The position numbers were made by a program, and so were the translations under genes. The notes beneath the pieces are model-generated. The model searched no databases and had not been told where the DNA came from. It was given only the letters and a program-made list of their open reading frames with translations. From the NCBI GenBank assembly GCA_963761305.1, contig CAVXGK010000002.1, positions 1,600,001-1,664,000 on the forward strand: 64,000 nucleotides of DNA. The letters run 5' to 3'. Position 1 is the stretch's first letter. Each line of letters opens with the position of its first letter. The DNA comes from an uncultured Gemmatimonadaceae bacterium (lineage in GTDB: Bacteria > Gemmatimonadota > Gemmatimonadetes > Gemmatimonadales > Gemmatimonadaceae). Below, piece by piece: positions 19,955 through 30,832 of the stretch.

Positions 19955-20000
19955 GTGAGCGGGTGGCGCGCTGAGGGGGGACCAGCCGATACTCCTCTAG

Positions 20001-21005
20001 GTGATCGGCTTCCGCCCGCTGTCAGCTGCGGGGATCGCGCGCGGGTCGCGCGTCTCGCTCGCCCTCATCGTGATCGCGTTGATTCCGCTCCGCGCGAGCG
20101 GGCAATCACCGCGCACGTTTTCGGTGCGCGCCGACAACGACGCGTTCGACTTCTGGATGCTGCCGTGGAACCGTCCCGACGACGAGTACACGAGCGGCGT
20201 GCACTTGTCGTACGACGGCGGCGACGCGCCCTGGTGGGCGCGACGAATCTTGAGCGGTTTGCAACCATGCACCGCGCAATCCACCGCGTGCCGATCGTCC
20301 GGGTTCGAGATCGGTCAGGACATCTACACACCGTTCGTGCCCACGAACGGCGCCGCTGCGCCAAACGATCGGCCCAACGCGGGATGGCTGTACGCGAGTC
20401 AGAGCGCGCAGTCGCTCACCACCGAGCGCTCCGACGCGCTGACGTTCACGCTTGGCGTCACCGGGCCGCCGTCGCTCGCGCAACTCACGCAGCACGTCGC
20501 GCACGACGCCGGTCCGGCGTTCAACAGACCGACCGACTGGAGCCGGCAGATCGCCTTCGAGCCGGGGGTGATGGTTCGCTACGAGCACGACGCACGATTC
20601 GCCACGCCGGTTGACCTGCCTTTCGGGGTCGAGTTGGTGCCACGCGCCGGCGCATCGCTCGGCAACGTGCTCACTGCCGCGGACGCCGGCGCACGCGTGC
20701 GATTCGGCTGGCGAATGTCGCACCCCTGGCTCCCGCCCACGCGCGACGTCGGATTTGATTTTCTGTGCGGGGTTTCAGCCCAGGCCGTGGCGCACAACCT
20801 GTTTCTCGACGGCAACACGTTCGAGAACGGGCCGCGTGTGGGACACGAGGCGCTCGTCGAATCGGGTGAAGTGGGTTTCGAGTTCCACGCGCGCGGAATC
20901 GCGCTCGGCTACCGCGCCGTGAGCGACTCGCGGCAGTACGCGGGCGGGCCCAAGTGGCACCCGTGGGGCTCTTTGGTTGCGAGCATCACGTTGGGAGCTC
21001 AGTAA
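20001..21005 (+). CDS. Lipid A deacylase LpxR family outer-membrane protein (DUF2219)
   Basis: ND.F...DDEYTSG, GQDIYTP, DRPNAGWLY, GVTGPPSLA..TQ..H, NLFLDGNTF motifs. Confidence 0.85.
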   Translation: MIGFRPLSAAGIARGSRVSLALIVIALIPLRASGQSPRTFSVRADNDAFDFWMLPWNRPDDEYTSGVHLSYDGGDAPWWARRILSGLQPCTAQSTACRSSGFEIGQDIYTPFVPTNGAAAPNDRPNAGWLYASQSAQSLTTERSDALTFTLGVTGPPSLAQLTQHVAHDAGPAFNRPTDWSRQIAFEPGVMVRYEHDARFATPVDLPFGVELVPRAGASLGNVLTAADAGARVRFGWRMSHPWLPPTRDVGFDFLCGVSAQAVAHNLFLDGNTFENGPRVGHEALVESGEVGFEFHARGIALGYRAVSDSRQYAGGPKWHPWGSLVASITLGAQ

Positions 21006-21082
21006 GCGCTGCTCGACTGATTGGGATCGCTGAGGATGCCGGGACTCTAGGCGGCAGCAACAGCATCAGCATCAGACTCGTC

Positions 21083-21114
21083 GATCCACCGGTCCACCGG
21101 TCTACCGATCCACC
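21083..21114. repeat. Octamer tandem repeat (G[G/A]TC[C/T]ACC x4)
   Basis: GATCCACC GGTCCACC GGTCTACC GATCCACC, spanning the cyclophilin stop codon. Confidence 0.75.
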
Positions 21115-21761
21115 GTGATCCGAATCAACCGGTCCAGCTTCGGATACTCGCGATCGATGTAGAGGTTGCCGCCGTTCAGCAGCGGGCCCTGTTTGCCGGC
21201 GCGCACGCCGCCACCTGAGTTTTCGCCGTAGCCGCCGTACAGGCTGTCGACGACGGACATGCCTTCCACCACACGGCCGAGCGGCGAGAAGCCTTGGGCA
21301 TCGAGGCGCGTGTTGTCGACGAGACTGATGTAGATCTGTGTCGTGCGTGCGTTGGGGCCGGTCATCGCAAAGCCAAACGTGCCCCGCGTGTTGGACGTCT
21401 TGACCGAGTCGTCCGGGAACGACCGCGCGCTCCACATCGCGTTGAGAGCCGAGTCGCGGGCGATGCCGAATTGGACGATGAAGCCGGGTACGACGCGAGT
21501 GAACCGAGAATCGTCGTAGTAGCCGGCGCGAATGAGGTTGTAGAACCGGTCCGCTCCCAGCGGCGCCAACGCGCGCTGCACTTCCATCACGAACGCGCCG
21601 CGCGACGTCTCGACCCGCGCGCGATACACGGTGGGCGCGTGCTCGCTCCAAGACGCGCTCGCCGGAACGAGCAGCGCCGTTCGCCCTGATTTGCCGGATG
21701 CTGCACGGTTGCCGGCACACGCGACCGTCGCCAGAAATCCCAGCGCCACGAGCGCGGACAT
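21102..21761 (-). CDS. Cyclophilin-type peptidyl-prolyl isomerase, lipoprotein
   Basis: Lipobox VAC; APLGADRFYNL, F.RVVPGFIVQFG, RTTQIYISL.DN.RLD, FSPLGRVVEGM. Confidence 0.88.
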   Translation of the reverse strand: MSALVALGFLATVACAGNRAASGKSGRTALLVPASASWSEHAPTVYRARVETSRGAFVMEVQRALAPLGADRFYNLIRAGYYDDSRFTRVVPGFIVQFGIARDSALNAMWSARSFPDDSVKTSNTRGTFGFAMTGPNARTTQIYISLVDNTRLDAQGFSPLGRVVEGMSVVDSLYGGYGENSGGGVRAGKQGPLLNGGNLYIDREYPKLDRLIRITVDR

Positions 21762-21898
21762 CGTCGAGCGCGACGACGGCTTCGGTGTTCGATGAGCTTG
21801 CACGCGTTGACGCTATCGCCCGAGCGATCGCGGATCAACGTCGAGGTCAGTTCGTCGGCCGCCTTTACTCTCCCGCGACACGACGCGATGTTTGCCCC

Positions 21899-23170
21899 GT
21901 GCACCGCCACCTGATTCCCGCCCTCGCCGTCGCGCTCCTCGCGAACCGCGCCGACGCGCAGCTCAAGGCGCTCGAGTTTCGCGCCGTCATCGACTCGCCG
22001 GGCCACGTCATCCCCAATGGCGTGATTCTCGTCGACGGCGACAAGATCTCCGCCGTCGTCGCCGCCGACTACCGCCTGCCCGCGAACACGCAGGTCATCG
22101 ATCTCACCCGCTACACCGCGATCCCGGGCATGATCGACGTGCACACCCACATGACGTACTACTGGGATTCCACGTCGGGCACCGACCCGTGGCGACAGCC
22201 GCAGCGCACGCCGGCGCAGACCGTTCAACTCGCGCGCGCCAACGCCGTCCGTACGCTGGAGACGGGCGTGACCACCGTGCGCGATCTCGGCTCGTCGAAC
22301 TACATGGACATCGCGCTGCGCGATTCGATCAACAAAGCCGGCTGGCTCGGGCCGAGAATGTTCGTTGCGGGCTACGGCCTGCAGAAGGCGCGGCCGCCGT
22401 TTCGTCCGAACACCGATACTACGCACACGCAGCGTGGCCGCGTGTTCTCGATCGCGCAGATCCCCGAGGCGGTGAAGCAGCAGGTCGATGCCGGCGCGGA
22501 CTACATCAAAGTGTACGGATCCACCGGCACCGGCGCCGACGTCACCGGCAACGAGACGTTCACCTACGAAGAAATGAAGGCCGCGGTCGACGCCGCCAAG
22601 TCGTTCGGCAAACGCATCGCGATCCACTCGTACGGTCCCGAGGGCGGACGCGACGCGGTGCGCGCCGGAGTCACGTCGCTCGAGCACGCGATCAACCTCG
22701 AGGACTCGACGCTCGCGCGCATGGCACACGACGGCGTCTTCTACGTGCCGACGATCGATCACAACCGCTACTACGCGCAGTATCGCGACGCCTACCACTA
22801 CACCGCTGAACAGGCCGCCGGGCTCGATTCGTTTCGTCTGCTGAACATCGAGACCGCGCGCCGCGCGTACAGAGCCGGTGTCAAGCTCGGCATGGGCTCC
22901 GACGCCGTGCACATCATGTTCGGCCAGAACACGCGCGAGCTCGGCTGGTTCGTGCAGATGGGCATGACGCCGAGCGAAGCGCTCGCCACCGCGACGACGA
23001 ACGGCGCGGCGATCCTCGGCATGGAGAATTCGCTGGGTCGGATCGCGCCGGGCTACTTCGCCGACATCGCCGCCGTGGACGGCGACCCGCTGACCGACAT
23101 TCACGCGGTGATCGACCGCGTGCGCTGGGTGATGAAGGGCGGCGCCGTCGTCGTCGACAAGACGCGATAG
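21899..23170 (+). CDS. Amidohydrolase family metallo-hydrolase (prolidase-like), secreted
   Basis: [36 protein letters not shown] motifs. Confidence 0.88.
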   Translation: MHRHLIPALAVALLANRADAQLKALEFRAVIDSPGHVIPNGVILVDGDKISAVVAADYRLPANTQVIDLTRYTAIPGMIDVHTHMTYYWDSTSGTDPWRQPQRTPAQTVQLARANAVRTLETGVTTVRDLGSSNYMDIALRDSINKAGWLGPRMFVAGYGLQKARPPFRPNTDTTHTQRGRVFSIAQIPEAVKQQVDAGADYIKVYGSTGTGADVTGNETFTYEEMKAAVDAAKSFGKRIAIHSYGPEGGRDAVRAGVTSLEHAINLEDSTLARMAHDGVFYVPTIDHNRYYAQYRDAYHYTAEQAAGLDSFRLLNIETARRAYRAGVKLGMGSDAVHIMFGQNTRELGWFVQMGMTPSEALATATTNGAAILGMENSLGRIAPGYFADIAAVDGDPLTDIHAVIDRVRWVMKGGAVVVDKTR

Positions 23171-23228
23171 GGGCGCGGTATATTTCCGAGCGAATTTCCG
23201 CGTCGCTCGCCTGCCTCTTCCGACACCG

Positions 23229-23750
23229 ATGCCCAAGCGCAAATCCTCCGCGCGCGAACCGAAACCGTGGGTCGGCGTGATCATGGGCAGCAGCTCGGAC
23301 CTCAAGTTCATGCAAGCGGCGATCGACGTGCTGCGTGAGCTCGACGTGCCGCACGAAGCGATGGTCGTGTCCGCGCACCGCACGCCCGACTGGATGTTCG
23401 AGTACGCGTCGTCGGCCGAGTCGCGCGGACTCGAGGTCATCATCGCGGCGGCGGGCGGTGCGGCGCATCTGCCCGGCATGGTCGCCGCGAAGACGACGCT
23501 TCCCGTGCTCGGCGTGCCGATTCCCGCCACGACGCTCGACGGGCTCGATTCCCTGCTGTCGATCGTGCAAATGCCCAAGGGCGTGCCGGTCGGAACGCTG
23601 GCCATCGGAGAACCGGGCGCGATCAACGCCGCATTGTTGGCGACGTCGATCGTTTCGAACAGCCGCCCCGACGTGCGCGAGCGATTGCGCGCGTGGCGAA
23701 AGAAGCGCACCGACGACGTACTCGCGAACACCAAGCTTCCGTCGCGGTGA
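23229..23750 (+). CDS. purE: N5-carboxyaminoimidazole ribonucleotide mutase
   Basis: [37 protein letters not shown]. Confidence 0.97.
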   Translation: MPKRKSSAREPKPWVGVIMGSSSDLKFMQAAIDVLRELDVPHEAMVVSAHRTPDWMFEYASSAESRGLEVIIAAAGGAAHLPGMVAAKTTLPVLGVPIPATTLDGLDSLLSIVQMPKGVPVGTLAIGEPGAINAALLATSIVSNSRPDVRERLRAWRKKRTDDVLANTKLPSR

Positions 23751-23754
23751 CGGC

Positions 23755-24894
23755 GTGATTCCTCCCGGTTCGACGATCGGCATCCTCGGCGGCGGTCAGC
23801 TTGGCCGCATGACCGCGATGGCCGCGCGCACGCTGGGCTATCACGTGCACGTGCTCGACCCCGACGCGAACTGCGCGGCGAGCGCCGTGGCCGATCGCGT
23901 CGTCGCCGCGAGCTTCGACGACGCCGACGCCGCGGCCGATCTCGCCCGGCAGTGCGACGTCGTCACACTGGAGATCGAGCAGATCGGGCCGGAGGCGCTG
24001 GCCGCCGCGTCGCGGCACGCGCCCGTTCGGCCGAACCCGGCGATTCTCGCCATGGTGCAGGATCGGTCGCGACAGAAGCGCTGGCTCGCCGAGCATGGGT
24101 TTCCCGTGGGCGCCTACCGCGACGTCTCGCGGCTCGAGCATCTCGCCGCGGCGCAGCGCGAGCTCGGCGCGCTGGTCGTCAAGGCGAATCGAGGCGGATA
24201 CGACGGCCGCAGCCAGGTGCGCGTTGGAGACGCCGCCGGTGTCGAGCGAGGGTGGGCGGAGCTCGGCCACCGCGCGTCGGTCGCCGAGCGCGCGCTCGAC
24301 CTTCGATCAGAGATCTCTGTTCTCGTCGCGCGCCGGCCGAACGGCGAAGTGCGCGTCTATCCGCCGGCGCTGAACTTTCACGAGCGACAGATTCTGGCGT
24401 GGTCCGTGCTTCCCGCGCCGATCGACGCCGCGCTGGCGCGGCGCGCCGAAACAATCGCGCGCGACATCGCGGCGGCACTGTCGCTCGAGGGCATTCTGGC
24501 CGTCGAGATGTTCGTGCTCGACGACGACGCGCTCCTCGTGAACGAGCTGGCGCCGCGCCCGCACAACTCGTTTCACGAGACGGAAGTCGCGTGCTCGACG
24601 AGCCAGTTCGAGCAGATCGTGCGCGCGGTATGCGATTTGCCGCTCGGCGACACGCGCGCGCTGCGCCCCGGTGCCATTCACAATCTGTTTGGCGACCTCT
24701 GGCTCGCTCACGATGGACCGCCGCCATTCGAGCGCGCGCTCGCGCGGCCGGGCGTGCGTCTTCATCTCTATGGAAAGCCCGGCCCGCGCCCGGGGCGAAA
24801 GATGGGTCACTTGTCGGCAGTCGGTGACACGGCTGACGACGCTCTCGCGCGAGTTCGCGCCGCCGCGGACGCGCTGGTCCTACCGCCAGTCTGA
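23755..24894 (+). CDS. purK: N5-carboxyaminoimidazole ribonucleotide synthase
   Basis: GILGGGQLGRM, GGYDGRSQ, NELAPRPHNS, HLYGK..RPGRKMGH; follows purE. Confidence 0.95.
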   Translation: MIPPGSTIGILGGGQLGRMTAMAARTLGYHVHVLDPDANCAASAVADRVVAASFDDADAAADLARQCDVVTLEIEQIGPEALAAASRHAPVRPNPAILAMVQDRSRQKRWLAEHGFPVGAYRDVSRLEHLAAAQRELGALVVKANRGGYDGRSQVRVGDAAGVERGWAELGHRASVAERALDLRSEISVLVARRPNGEVRVYPPALNFHERQILAWSVLPAPIDAALARRAETIARDIAAALSLEGILAVEMFVLDDDALLVNELAPRPHNSFHETEVACSTSQFEQIVRAVCDLPLGDTRALRPGAIHNLFGDLWLAHDGPPPFERALARPGVRLHLYGKPGPRPGRKMGHLSAVGDTADDALARVRAAADALVLPPV

Positions 24895-24901
24895 GGCTTT
24901 C

Positions 24902-25504
24902 GTGGCGAAATACTTGGTCGCGGCTTCCATGGCGCTGTGCGCGGCGAGCACATCGTGTTGGTGGTATGCCGGTTCGAGCTTGCCGCCGCCACACCCCGTG
25001 CCGCCAAGCCCCGCGCCCGTCGCCACCCAAACACGCGGCCCGATCGCGCCCACCGGCGCGACGGCGAGCGCCAGCCTCCATGACTCGGTTGGCCGCCGCG
25101 TCGGCTTGGTCACGTTCAGCGAGACCTACGCCGGGCTGCTCGTTCACGGATGGGTGAGCGATCTGGGCCTGGGTACCCACGGAATCCACCTGCACGCCGT
25201 CGGCAAATGCGACGGGCCGAACTTCACGTCGGCCGGCGGTCACTTCAATCCAGAGCAACGCGCGCACGGATTCAAGAACCAGCATGGGCATCATCTCGGC
25301 GATTTGCCCAACATCGTGACGCCGGCGGCGGGCCGTCTCGACTTCGATTTCGTCATTCCGAACGTCACGCTGCACGGCATCAACCCGTTGCTCGACGCCG
25401 ATGGCGCGTCGGTCGTCGTGCACGCGTCGGCCGACGACTACATCACCGATCCCGCCGGCAATTCGGGCGCGCGCATCGCCTGCGGCGTGATCATCACCCC
25501 GTAG
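24902..25504 (+). CDS. sodC: Cu/Zn superoxide dismutase (probable lipoprotein)
   Basis: HGIHLH, C..PNFTSAGGHFNP, HLGDLPN, VVHA..DD, GNSGARIACG. Confidence 0.9.
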   Translation: MAKYLVAASMALCAASTSCWWYAGSSLPPPHPVPPSPAPVATQTRGPIAPTGATASASLHDSVGRRVGLVTFSETYAGLLVHGWVSDLGLGTHGIHLHAVGKCDGPNFTSAGGHFNPEQRAHGFKNQHGHHLGDLPNIVTPAAGRLDFDFVIPNVTLHGINPLLDADGASVVVHASADDYITDPAGNSGARIACGVIITP

Positions 25505-25506
25505 CA

Positions 25507-26613
25507 ATGCAGATCGCGGACTTCACGCTCGAGCGCTACTTCGCTCGCTGGGAGTTCGCGGTCCGTCACGTGCTCTGCGCGTCGGACGTCGAAGCCTATC
25601 GTCTGCCCGAGTTGCTCGACCTGGCCGACCACGACGCGCGCCAACGCTGGGAATCGCTGAGCCTCGGCTACACCGAGTCGCTCGGGCTGCCCGTGCTGCG
25701 CGAGGAGATCGCGAAGCTCTATGACGGCGTCACCGCCGACGACGTCGTCACTTTCGCCGGCGCCGAGGAAGCGGTGTTTCTCACGATGCACGCGACGCTC
25801 GGCGCCGGCGACCATGCCGTGGTCGCGTGGCCGGCCTATCAATCGTTGTACGAAGTCGCTCGATCGATCGGCGCCGACGTGACGCTCGTTCCACTGAGTC
25901 CCGCCGATTGGTCCCTCGACGTCGACGCCGTCGCGGCGGCGATGCGGCCGACGACGCGCATCATCGTCGTCAATTCGCCGCACAGTCCGACGGGAGCACA
26001 GCTCGGCGCCGACCAGCTCGCACGACTGGCATCGATCGCCGAGTTGCACGGCGCGTGGCTTTTCTCGGACGAGGTGTATCGCTTTCTCGAACACGGCGCG
26101 CCGGCGCTGGCGCCCGCCGTTTCATTGTCGCCGCGCGCGTTGAGCGTCGGCGTGATGTCGAAGGCGTTCGGTTTGGCTGGCCTGCGCATCGGTTGGCTCG
26201 CGACGCGCGATGGGATGCTGCGAGCAAAGCTCGCGGCCCTCAAGGACTACACCACGATCTGCAACGCCGCGCCGAGTGAAGTCCTGTCGCTCGTCGCGCT
26301 GCGGGCGCGCGAGCGCGTGCTGGCACGCGCGCGCGGCATAATCGCCGCGAATCTCTCTCTCCTCGACGCGTTTTTCGCCGAACACTCCGACCGGCTGTCG
26401 TGGATTCGTCCTCGCGCCGGAAGCGTCTGCTTTCCTCGCCTCGCCGGCGGCTCCGTCGACGACTTTGCTTCGACGCTCGTCCAGCGCGAGGGGGTTTTGC
26501 TCCTGCCCGCGTCGCAGTTCGGCTATCCCGGGAACAACTTCCGGCTGGGCTATGGACGCACCGACATGCCGCAGGCGCTCGAAGGGCTGGCGCGCCACCT
26601 TCGCGCCGGCTGA
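25507..26613 (+). CDS. PLP-dependent aminotransferase class I/II
   Basis: NSPHSPTG, SDEVY, MSKAFGLAGLRIGW; N-terminus FTLERYFARWEF. Confidence 0.9.
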   Translation: MQIADFTLERYFARWEFAVRHVLCASDVEAYRLPELLDLADHDARQRWESLSLGYTESLGLPVLREEIAKLYDGVTADDVVTFAGAEEAVFLTMHATLGAGDHAVVAWPAYQSLYEVARSIGADVTLVPLSPADWSLDVDAVAAAMRPTTRIIVVNSPHSPTGAQLGADQLARLASIAELHGAWLFSDEVYRFLEHGAPALAPAVSLSPRALSVGVMSKAFGLAGLRIGWLATRDGMLRAKLAALKDYTTICNAAPSEVLSLVALRARERVLARARGIIAANLSLLDAFFAEHSDRLSWIRPRAGSVCFPRLAGGSVDDFASTLVQREGVLLLPASQFGYPGNNFRLGYGRTDMPQALEGLARHLRAG

Positions 26614-26679
26614 GTCCCGGTCAAACCTTCGCGCCACCGCCGCTGTCTGAGCCGGCAAGCCCACCAACCGGTTCTCCTC

Positions 26680-27744
26680 ATGAAAAACGTCGGTTCCTCC
26701 TTTCGCGCGATCGCAGTCGGCGTCCTCGCGGTGTTCACGCCGGTCGCGGCGCATGCGCAGGCCGAGCATCGCGCGCTCTCGGGCGAGCGCGTGGCGGTCT
26801 ACAACCTCGCCGGCCACGTTCGGGTGCAAGCGGCGACCGGAACGCAGGTGACCGTCGACATTACGCGCGGCGGCCGCGACGCGAGCAAGTTGCGCATCGA
26901 GTCGGGCGAGGTTCGCGGCTGGAGCGCGCTGCGCGTCGTGTACCCGTCCAATCGAATCGTCTATCCGGACTGGCAGTCTCGCGGCCGCACGCAGATGCAC
27001 GTCAACTCCGACGGCACGTTCGACGACGACGACCGCGGCTCGTACGATCAGGACCGCGTCGAGATCCGCAGTTCCGGCGACGGCCTCGACGCGCACGCCG
27101 ACATCACCGTCGGCGTACCGAAGGGCCAGCGCGTTGCCGTGCACTGGGGCGTGGGCGACGCGACCGTCTCCAACGTCGACGGCGACCTGCGCGTGAGCGT
27201 CGCCGCGGCGACGGTGACGTCGGAGCACACGCGCGGCCGGTTGGCGCTCGAGACCGGCTCGGGAACCGTGTCGGTCACCGACGCGCAGGGCGAGGTGAAG
27301 CTGGACACCGGCTCGGGCGGCGTGACGATCGACGGCGTGCACGGCGAGACGCTCGACATCGACACCGGGTCGGGGTCGGTCCGCGGCAAGGACGTCGATA
27401 CGAAAATGCTCAAGATCGACGTCGGATCAGGAGGTATGTCTCTCGATCGGGTCAGCGCGACGCGTGTCACGGTCGACGCCGGCAGCGGTCGGACGGAGCT
27501 CGGCTTCCTTCAGCCGGTCGAGGATCTGGCGGTCGACGCCGGCTCGGGCGGTGTGACGATCCGTCTTCCCGGCACGCAGGGCGCCGAGGTCGACATCGTG
27601 ACGGGCAGCGGCGGCATCGACACCGACTTCGCGGTCCAGACCACGCGTCTGTCGCGAGACCGTCTGCACGGGCAGATCGGCGACGGAAAGGCACGCATCA
27701 AGATCGAGAGCGGGTCCGGAGGAGTCCGGCTGCTCAAGAACTGA
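26680..27744 (+). CDS. DUF4097 beta-strand repeat secreted protein
   Basis: Signal peptide (AHA); repeated [L/I]xTGSG.V motifs. Confidence 0.85.
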   Translation: MKNVGSSFRAIAVGVLAVFTPVAAHAQAEHRALSGERVAVYNLAGHVRVQAATGTQVTVDITRGGRDASKLRIESGEVRGWSALRVVYPSNRIVYPDWQSRGRTQMHVNSDGTFDDDDRGSYDQDRVEIRSSGDGLDAHADITVGVPKGQRVAVHWGVGDATVSNVDGDLRVSVAAATVTSEHTRGRLALETGSGTVSVTDAQGEVKLDTGSGGVTIDGVHGETLDIDTGSGSVRGKDVDTKMLKIDVGSGGMSLDRVSATRVTVDAGSGRTELGFLQPVEDLAVDAGSGGVTIRLPGTQGAEVDIVTGSGGIDTDFAVQTTRLSRDRLHGQIGDGKARIKIESGSGGVRLLKN

Positions 27745-30700
27745 GGTCGCCGATTCCCGCTTCGCGCGCGCGGTCGGCCAGCTCGCCGCGCGACTCGACG
27801 CCCAGCTTGGTGAAGATGTTCGACAGGTGTGTGCTCGCCGTGCGCGCCGAGATGCCGAGCGCGGCGCCGATCTCCTTGTTGGATCGGCGCGCCGCGACGA
27901 GCCGCACGATCTCGACCTCGCGTCCGGTGAGACCGGCCATTCCCTGCGTGAGGCTGCGCGCCGGCGGCCGAGCGCCGAGCTCGCGCAATTGCTCGCGCGT
28001 CTCGTTCAATTCCGTCTCGGCGCCGAGGCGCGCGAACACCTCGTGTGCGCGCCGCAGCTCGCGCGTCGCACCCTCGCGATCGCCCGTTCTCGACAACGCG
28101 ATCGCGAGCTGTCGCCGCAGACGCGCCGCGTCGGCCACGTAGGGAATCGCCTCGAGCGCCTCCGTGGCACCGCGCAACAGCGTGATCGCGCGCTCGGCGT
28201 CGCCGACGAGCAACTCGCTTATCGCATCGCACGCGTCGGCCCACGCCATTCCGAGGCGCTGGCCCAGCGCCGCCGACTGACGGCGCATACGCGCAGCGAT
28301 CGCTCGGGCACGTTCATGATCCGCGGCCCACAGCGCCGATTCGGCGATGATCGGCATGAGACGATGAATCGCCCATACGACGTAGCCGGATCGGTCGGCG
28401 ATTTCGAGTCCGCGCTCGCCGACTTCGATCGCCTCCGCGTACTGTTTCATCGCGAGGTGATAGCCGGCTTTGCCGATGTGCGCCGGGACGGTTCCGTACA
28501 CGTCGCGTCCGGGCGCCGTGGGGTCGGCGGCGCCGGAAAGCTCCCACGCTTCCTCGACGCACTGGCGTCCGCGCTCGATGTCGCCGCGACCGAAATGCAG
28601 AAGGCCGAGCCACACGAGAAGCCGCGGAATCAGCGTGCGCTGTCCGAGCGCACGCGCCAGCGCGATCGTTCGCTCGGCGAGCGAGAGCGCGTGCTCCCAC
28701 TCACCGATGCCCGCCCCGTACTCGACTTCGATCTCCGCGGTCCAGACGCGGAACAGCGGAGAACGCGCCTCGTCGGCGAGTCGCTGCGCCTCGGCGAGGT
28801 GTAGCCGAACTTCCTCGGCATTGCCCGTGAGGCCGCCGAGCATCGCCAACGCCCAGTGCGCCGACCAGGCGACGCCGCGGCTCCGTCCGTTCGTTCCCTC
28901 GGCGATCTCGATGGCACGCGCGCCATTCTCGCGAGCCTTGTCCGCCGGACCGGTCCACAGGTACAGCAGCAACAGCGCGCGGTGCGCGCGCGCGAGCAAC
29001 CCCGGCTCGTTCTCGCCGTTCGCGATCGCGACCGCCGATTCGATGTCTCGCGCCGCCTCCTCGGGCCGGCCGAGCGCCTGCAGGCAGCTCGCTTTCGGCA
29101 GCAGGACGCGGGCTTCGAGCGAACGCTCTCCGGCGCGACGCGCCGCGTCGATCGCGGCGTCGAAGTGCGCGAGCGCGTCTTCGAACGCGCCGCCCCAATA
29201 TCGAACCAGGCCGATGCTTCGCTCGATCGAGCCGACCTTCGCGAAATCGCCGTGCGATCTCGCGGTCGCCAACGCGCGCGCCCAGAGGGAGAGCGCAACG
29301 TCGTAGTCGCCCATCCGCTGGCGCACGCGGGCCAGATCGAGCACCACCTCATCCACGTCGGCGCCGGTCGCGTCGTCACCGGCCGCGAGCTCGAGCGCCG
29401 ACGTGAGATAGTCGGCTGCCTCGCGGTTGGCGTGTTTCGCCGACGCGTCGCGCCCGGCCGCGCGCAGATACTGCACTGCCTTTTCGGCGAGCTGTCGTGC
29501 GTCCGTTCGCGCGTAGTGAAACGCGAGACGCCCGGCGTGCGCCATCGCGCGATCGCCGTACAGTCGCTCGAGTTTCTCGGCGATCGCGCCGTGCAGCGAG
29601 CGCGTTCGCGCCAATCCGATTTCCGAGTACAGCGTCTCCTGAAAAAGCGGATGCGAGAAGTCGTAGACGATGTCGTCGTCGCGGTGACGCTCGGCGAGGA
29701 CGTCGGCCGTGCGCAACTCGTCGATCGCGATGATGAGCGCCTCGGGCTCGAATTCGCTCACCGCCGCCAATTCGGCGTGCGTCGCCTCGGCGCCGATCAC
29801 GGCAGCCACGTCGGCAAGTCGACGCGCGTCGCTCGACAGATCGGCAAGCCTCGCGACCACCGCCTCACGGATCGTGGCCGGCACATGGAGATCTTCGACG
29901 TCCCACCCACTCCACGTGCCGTACACCTCGCGCAGCTGCCCGCTTTGCACGAGCGAGATGACCGTTTCGTCGATGAAGAACGCGTTGCCGCCCGTCCAGC
30001 GATGCAGCCGCTCGGCGAGAGGCGCGACGCGAGCCCGCTCCGCGCCAAATCGTTGCTCGAGCAACGCGACGACGTCCTCCACGCCGAGCGGCTGTAGTCG
30101 GAGGCGCTGCGCGCCTTTGAGGCCGCGCAAGGAGCGCTCGGTGTTGCGGAGCGCCGCGTTGCCGCGCAAGTCGGGGTCGTTGTGGGTGCCGACCAGGAGC
30201 AGACGTTCGCCGCCGATCTGCCTGGCCACGAAGTGCAGCAGCTCCAGCGACGCGCTGTCGGCCCACTGGAGATTCTCGAGCACGAGCAGCAACGGCTTCT
30301 TGGCGGAGAGCCGAGACAGCAGCTGCGTAAAATTCCAGAGCACCCGCGCCTTGAGCTCGGCGGGATCGCCGCGCGCCGGCGACACGGGTCGATCCGCGCT
30401 CCCCAGCGTCGGAAACAACTGTGCGAGTTCGGCCGTTCCGCCCCGCGTGAGTAGAGTCAGCACCGAGGGTTCGATGGTTCGCAGAAGCGGCATGAGTGCG
30501 TCGGAGAACACGGCGTACGGGATGCCGGTCTCGACCGGATAGGCCCGGCCGACCGCGACGGTGAATCCGCGCCGCGACGCTTGCTCGCTGAGCGCCTCGA
30601 CGAGACGCGTCTTGCCGATTCCGCTCTCGCCGACCACGAAGACCGTCGAACCAGTGCCGGCGTCGGCAGCCGCAACCGCGGCGACGAGCACGTTGAGCTC

Positions 30701-30790
30701 AGTCGCACGGCCGACGAGCGTTGGACGGGAGGTGACTTGAGCGGCGGGCGCTGGCGACGGCGGCCGACGGGTGGGCGTTGACACGCCCAA
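27734..30790 (-). CDS. Large ATP-binding LuxR-family regulator (AAA ATPase-TPR-LuxR HTH)
   Basis: LVGR..EL, Walker A GESGIGKT, LVLENLQWAD, TGGNAFF, F.HPL, C-terminal LTGREVEIVRLVA...SNKEIG..LGIS.RT..THLSNIFTKLG. Confidence 0.92.
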   Translation of the reverse strand: MGVSTPTRRPPSPAPAAQVTSRPTLVGRATELNVLVAAVAAADAGTGSTVFVVGESGIGKTRLVEALSEQASRRGFTVAVGRAYPVETGIPYAVFSDALMPLLRTIEPSVLTLLTRGGTAELAQLFPTLGSADRPVSPARGDPAELKARVLWNFTQLLSRLSAKKPLLLVLENLQWADSASLELLHFVARQIGGERLLLVGTHNDPDLRGNAALRNTERSLRGLKGAQRLRLQPLGVEDVVALLEQRFGAERARVAPLAERLHRWTGGNAFFIDETVISLVQSGQLREVYGTWSGWDVEDLHVPATIREAVVARLADLSSDARRLADVAAVIGAEATHAELAAVSEFEPEALIIAIDELRTADVLAERHRDDDIVYDFSHPLFQETLYSEIGLARTRSLHGAIAEKLERLYGDRAMAHAGRLAFHYARTDARQLAEKAVQYLRAAGRDASAKHANREAADYLTSALELAAGDDATGADVDEVVLDLARVRQRMGDYDVALSLWARALATARSHGDFAKVGSIERSIGLVRYWGGAFEDALAHFDAAIDAARRAGERSLEARVLLPKASCLQALGRPEEAARDIESAVAIANGENEPGLLARAHRALLLLYLWTGPADKARENGARAIEIAEGTNGRSRGVAWSAHWALAMLGGLTGNAEEVRLHLAEAQRLADEARSPLFRVWTAEIEVEYGAGIGEWEHALSLAERTIALARALGQRTLIPRLLVWLGLLHFGRGDIERGRQCVEEAWELSGAADPTAPGRDVYGTVPAHIGKAGYHLAMKQYAEAIEVGERGLEIADRSGYVVWAIHRLMPIIAESALWAADHERARAIAARMRRQSAALGQRLGMAWADACDAISELLVGDAERAITLLRGATEALEAIPYVADAARLRRQLAIALSRTGDREGATRELRRAHEVFARLGAETELNETREQLRELGARPPARSLTQGMAGLTGREVEIVRLVAARRSNKEIGAALGISARTASTHLSNIFTKLGVESRGELADRAREAGIGDLSS

Positions 30791-30832
30791 GAATCTCTTA
30801 TGAGTAGCGGCGGGCGGCTAGATCGCCGGCCG

